Assembly: GCA_030390025.1 (NCBI GenBank)
Contig: CM059432.1
Coordinates: 3,472,001-3,536,000 of the forward strand
Direction: 5' to 3'
Length of the DNA stretch: 64,000 nucleotides
From: Squalus acanthias
Taxonomy: Eukaryota
The notes beneath the pieces were generated by a model that did no database searches, was not told where the DNA came from, and saw nothing but the letters and a program-made list of their open reading frames with translations. Every line of letters begins with the position of its first letter. Position 1 is the first letter of the stretch. The position numbers were made by a program, and so were the translations under genes. Below, in pieces: positions 61,882 to 64,000 of the stretch.

Positions 61882-63750
61882 CAACAACAACAACTTGTAT
61901 TTATATAGCGCCTTTAACGTAGTAAAACGTCCCAAGGCGCTGCACAGGTGTATTATACGACAAAAAATTTGACACCGATCCACATAAGGATAAATTAGGG
62001 CAGGTGACCAAAAGCTTGGTCAAAGAGGTAGGTTTCAAGGAGCGTCTTAAAGGAGGAAAGAGAGGTAGCGAGGCGGAGAGGTTTAGGCTGGGAATTCCAG
62101 AGCTTAGGGCCTAGGCAACAGAAGGCACGGACACCAATGGTTGTGCGATTACAATCAGGGATGCTCAAGAGGGCAGAATTAGGGGAGCGCAGATATCTCG
62201 AGCGGTTGTGGGGCTGGAGGAGATTACAGAGATAGGAAGGGACGAGGCCATGGAGGGATTTGAAAGCAAGGATGAGAATTTTGAAATTGAGGTGCTGCTT
62301 AACCGGGAGTCAATGTAGGTCAGCGAGCACAGGGATGATGGGCGAACGGGACTTGGTGCGAGTTAGGACACCAGCAGCCGAGTTTTGGATGATCTCAAGT
62401 TTACGTAGGGTGGAATGTGGGAGGCCGGCCAGGAATGCGTTGGAATAGTCAATTCTAGAGGTAACAAAGGCATGGATGAGGGTTTCAGCAGCGGATGAGC
62501 TGAGGCAAGGGCGGAGACGGGTGATTTTACGGAGGTGGAAGTAGGCGGTCTTTGTTATGCTGCGGATATGTGGTCGGAAGCTCATTTCAGGGTCAGATAT
62601 GACATCAAGGTTGCGAACAGTCTGGTTCAGCCTCAGACAGATGTTAGGGAGAGGGATGGAGTCAGTGGCGAGGGAACGGAGTTTGTGGCGGGGACCGAAA
62701 ACAATGGCTTCGGTTTTTCCAATATTTAATTGGAGAAAATCTTTGCTCATCCAGAGCTGGATGTCGGACAAGCAGTCTGACAATTTAGACACCGTGGAGG
62801 GGTCGAGAGAAGTGGTGGTGAGGTAGAGCTGGGTGTCGTCAGCGTACATGTGGATTCTGACGCTGTGTTTTTGGATGGTGTCGCCAAGGGCCAACATGTA
62901 GATGAGAAATAGGAGGTGGCCAAGGATAGATCCTTGGGGGACACCAGAATTAATGAATCGGGAGTGGGAAGAGAAGCCGTTGCAGGTGATTCTCTGGTTA
63001 CGATTAGATAGATAAGAATGGAACCAGGCAAGTGCAGTCCCACCCAGCTGGACGACGGTGGAGAGGTGTTGGAGGAGGATGGAGTGGTCAACCATGTCAA
63101 AGGCTGCAGACAAGTCAAGAAGGACGAGGAGGGATAGTTTACCTTTGTCACAGTCACAAATTATGTCATTTGTTACTTTGATGAGAGCCATTTCGGTACT
63201 GTGGCAAGGGCGGAAACCTGATTGGAGGGATTCAAACATGGAGTTGCGGGAAAGATGGGCACGGATTTGGGAGGCAACAACACATTCAAGGACTTTGGAG
63301 AGGAAGGGAGGTTGGAGATGGGGCGGTAGTTTGCAAGGACGGAGGGATCAAGGTTTGTTTTTTTGAGGAGAGGGGTGATGACGGCAGATTTGAGGGAGAG
63401 GGGGACAGGACCTGAGGAGAGAGAACCGTTAACAATATCAGCCAGAAAAGGAACTTGGGTGGTCAGCAGTTTGGTGGGAATAGGGTCCAGGGGGCAGGAG
63501 GTGGGTCTCATGGACAGGATGAGCGCAGAGAGGTCATGAAGGGAGATCGGAGAGAAACTGGAGAAAGATGTGAGTTCAGGGCTAGGGCAGGGGGGAACCT
63601 TAGAGGAAGTTTGGCCCAGTGGGCTAGGGGAAGGAAGGGAAGTGGCAGAGGCAGCTAAATGGATGGTCTCAATCTTAGAGACAAAGAAGTCCATGAGCTC
63701 CTCACACTTGTTATTGGAGGTGAGGGTGGAGGAGACAGGGGAGCGGGGTT
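61882..63750 (-). mobile_element. L2 LINE (RT to 3' end)
   Basis: ORFs 62310-63239 (QSGFR, LLDLSAAFD, GVPQGSILG, YADDTQLY) and 63173-63694 (LDPIPT, NYRPISNLP); (TTG)n tail. Confidence 0.93.
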
Positions 63751-63809
63751 AGCAAATGACCTACTCCTGCTCCTTTTTCTTATGTTCTTATGTTCTTCTT
63801 ATTTGAGAG

Positions 63810-64000
63810 CAAGAGCAGTGGAGTCCTCCCCTGTGTCCAAGCCAATGTTCATCACTAAAAATCAAATTAGCTCATCGCTGTTTGTGGGAGCTTGCTGTGC
63901 ACAAATTGGCTGCCGTGTTTCCTGCATTACAACAGTGACTACACTTCAGAAAAGTGCTTCATTGGCTGTGAAGCGCTTTGGGACATCGAGAGGTTGTGAA
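63810..64000 (+). mobile_element. Deu SINE 3' fragment
   Basis: Matches the 3' region of the SINE family; runs off the window. Confidence 0.75.

Noticed and set aside
1..64000. Prokaryotic retron, DGR or group II intron system suggested by the many RT ORFs
   Set aside because: All RT motifs are CR1, L2 or RTE type with LINE tails, TSDs and frameshifts; there is no operon structure

Overview
Eukaryotic, repeat-saturated vertebrate DNA, most likely a shark. This is inferred from an HE1-type V-SINE, many SacSINE1-like Deu-domain SINEs and shark-type CR1 tails. I found no recognisable host exon, RNA gene or CRISPR array, so the window looks intergenic or intronic. Almost every ORF in the track is a retroelement fragment or its antisense shadow. 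The content is a nested mosaic of CR1, L2, RTE and a second CR1-group LINE family, one Vingi/Ingi-clade LINE, Penelope-like elements, PIF/Harbinger derivatives, hAT and Tc1/mariner MITEs, and two solo LTRs. The most interesting signals are: (1) minimal hammerhead ribozyme motifs in two Penelope families, including a head-to-head pair inside a 90-bp-arm inverted repeat (19293-19486); (2) a ~1.1-kb retrovirus-like solo LTR with some foamy-like features (4161-6088); (3) a Vingi-like LINE; (4) a 33-bp minisatellite grown out of a SINE's internal hairpin; (5) a ~2.3-kb inversion marked by a 182-bp inverted breakpoint duplication. Family names come from motif recall, not database searches, and fragment boundaries lacking TIR or TSD evidence are approximate.
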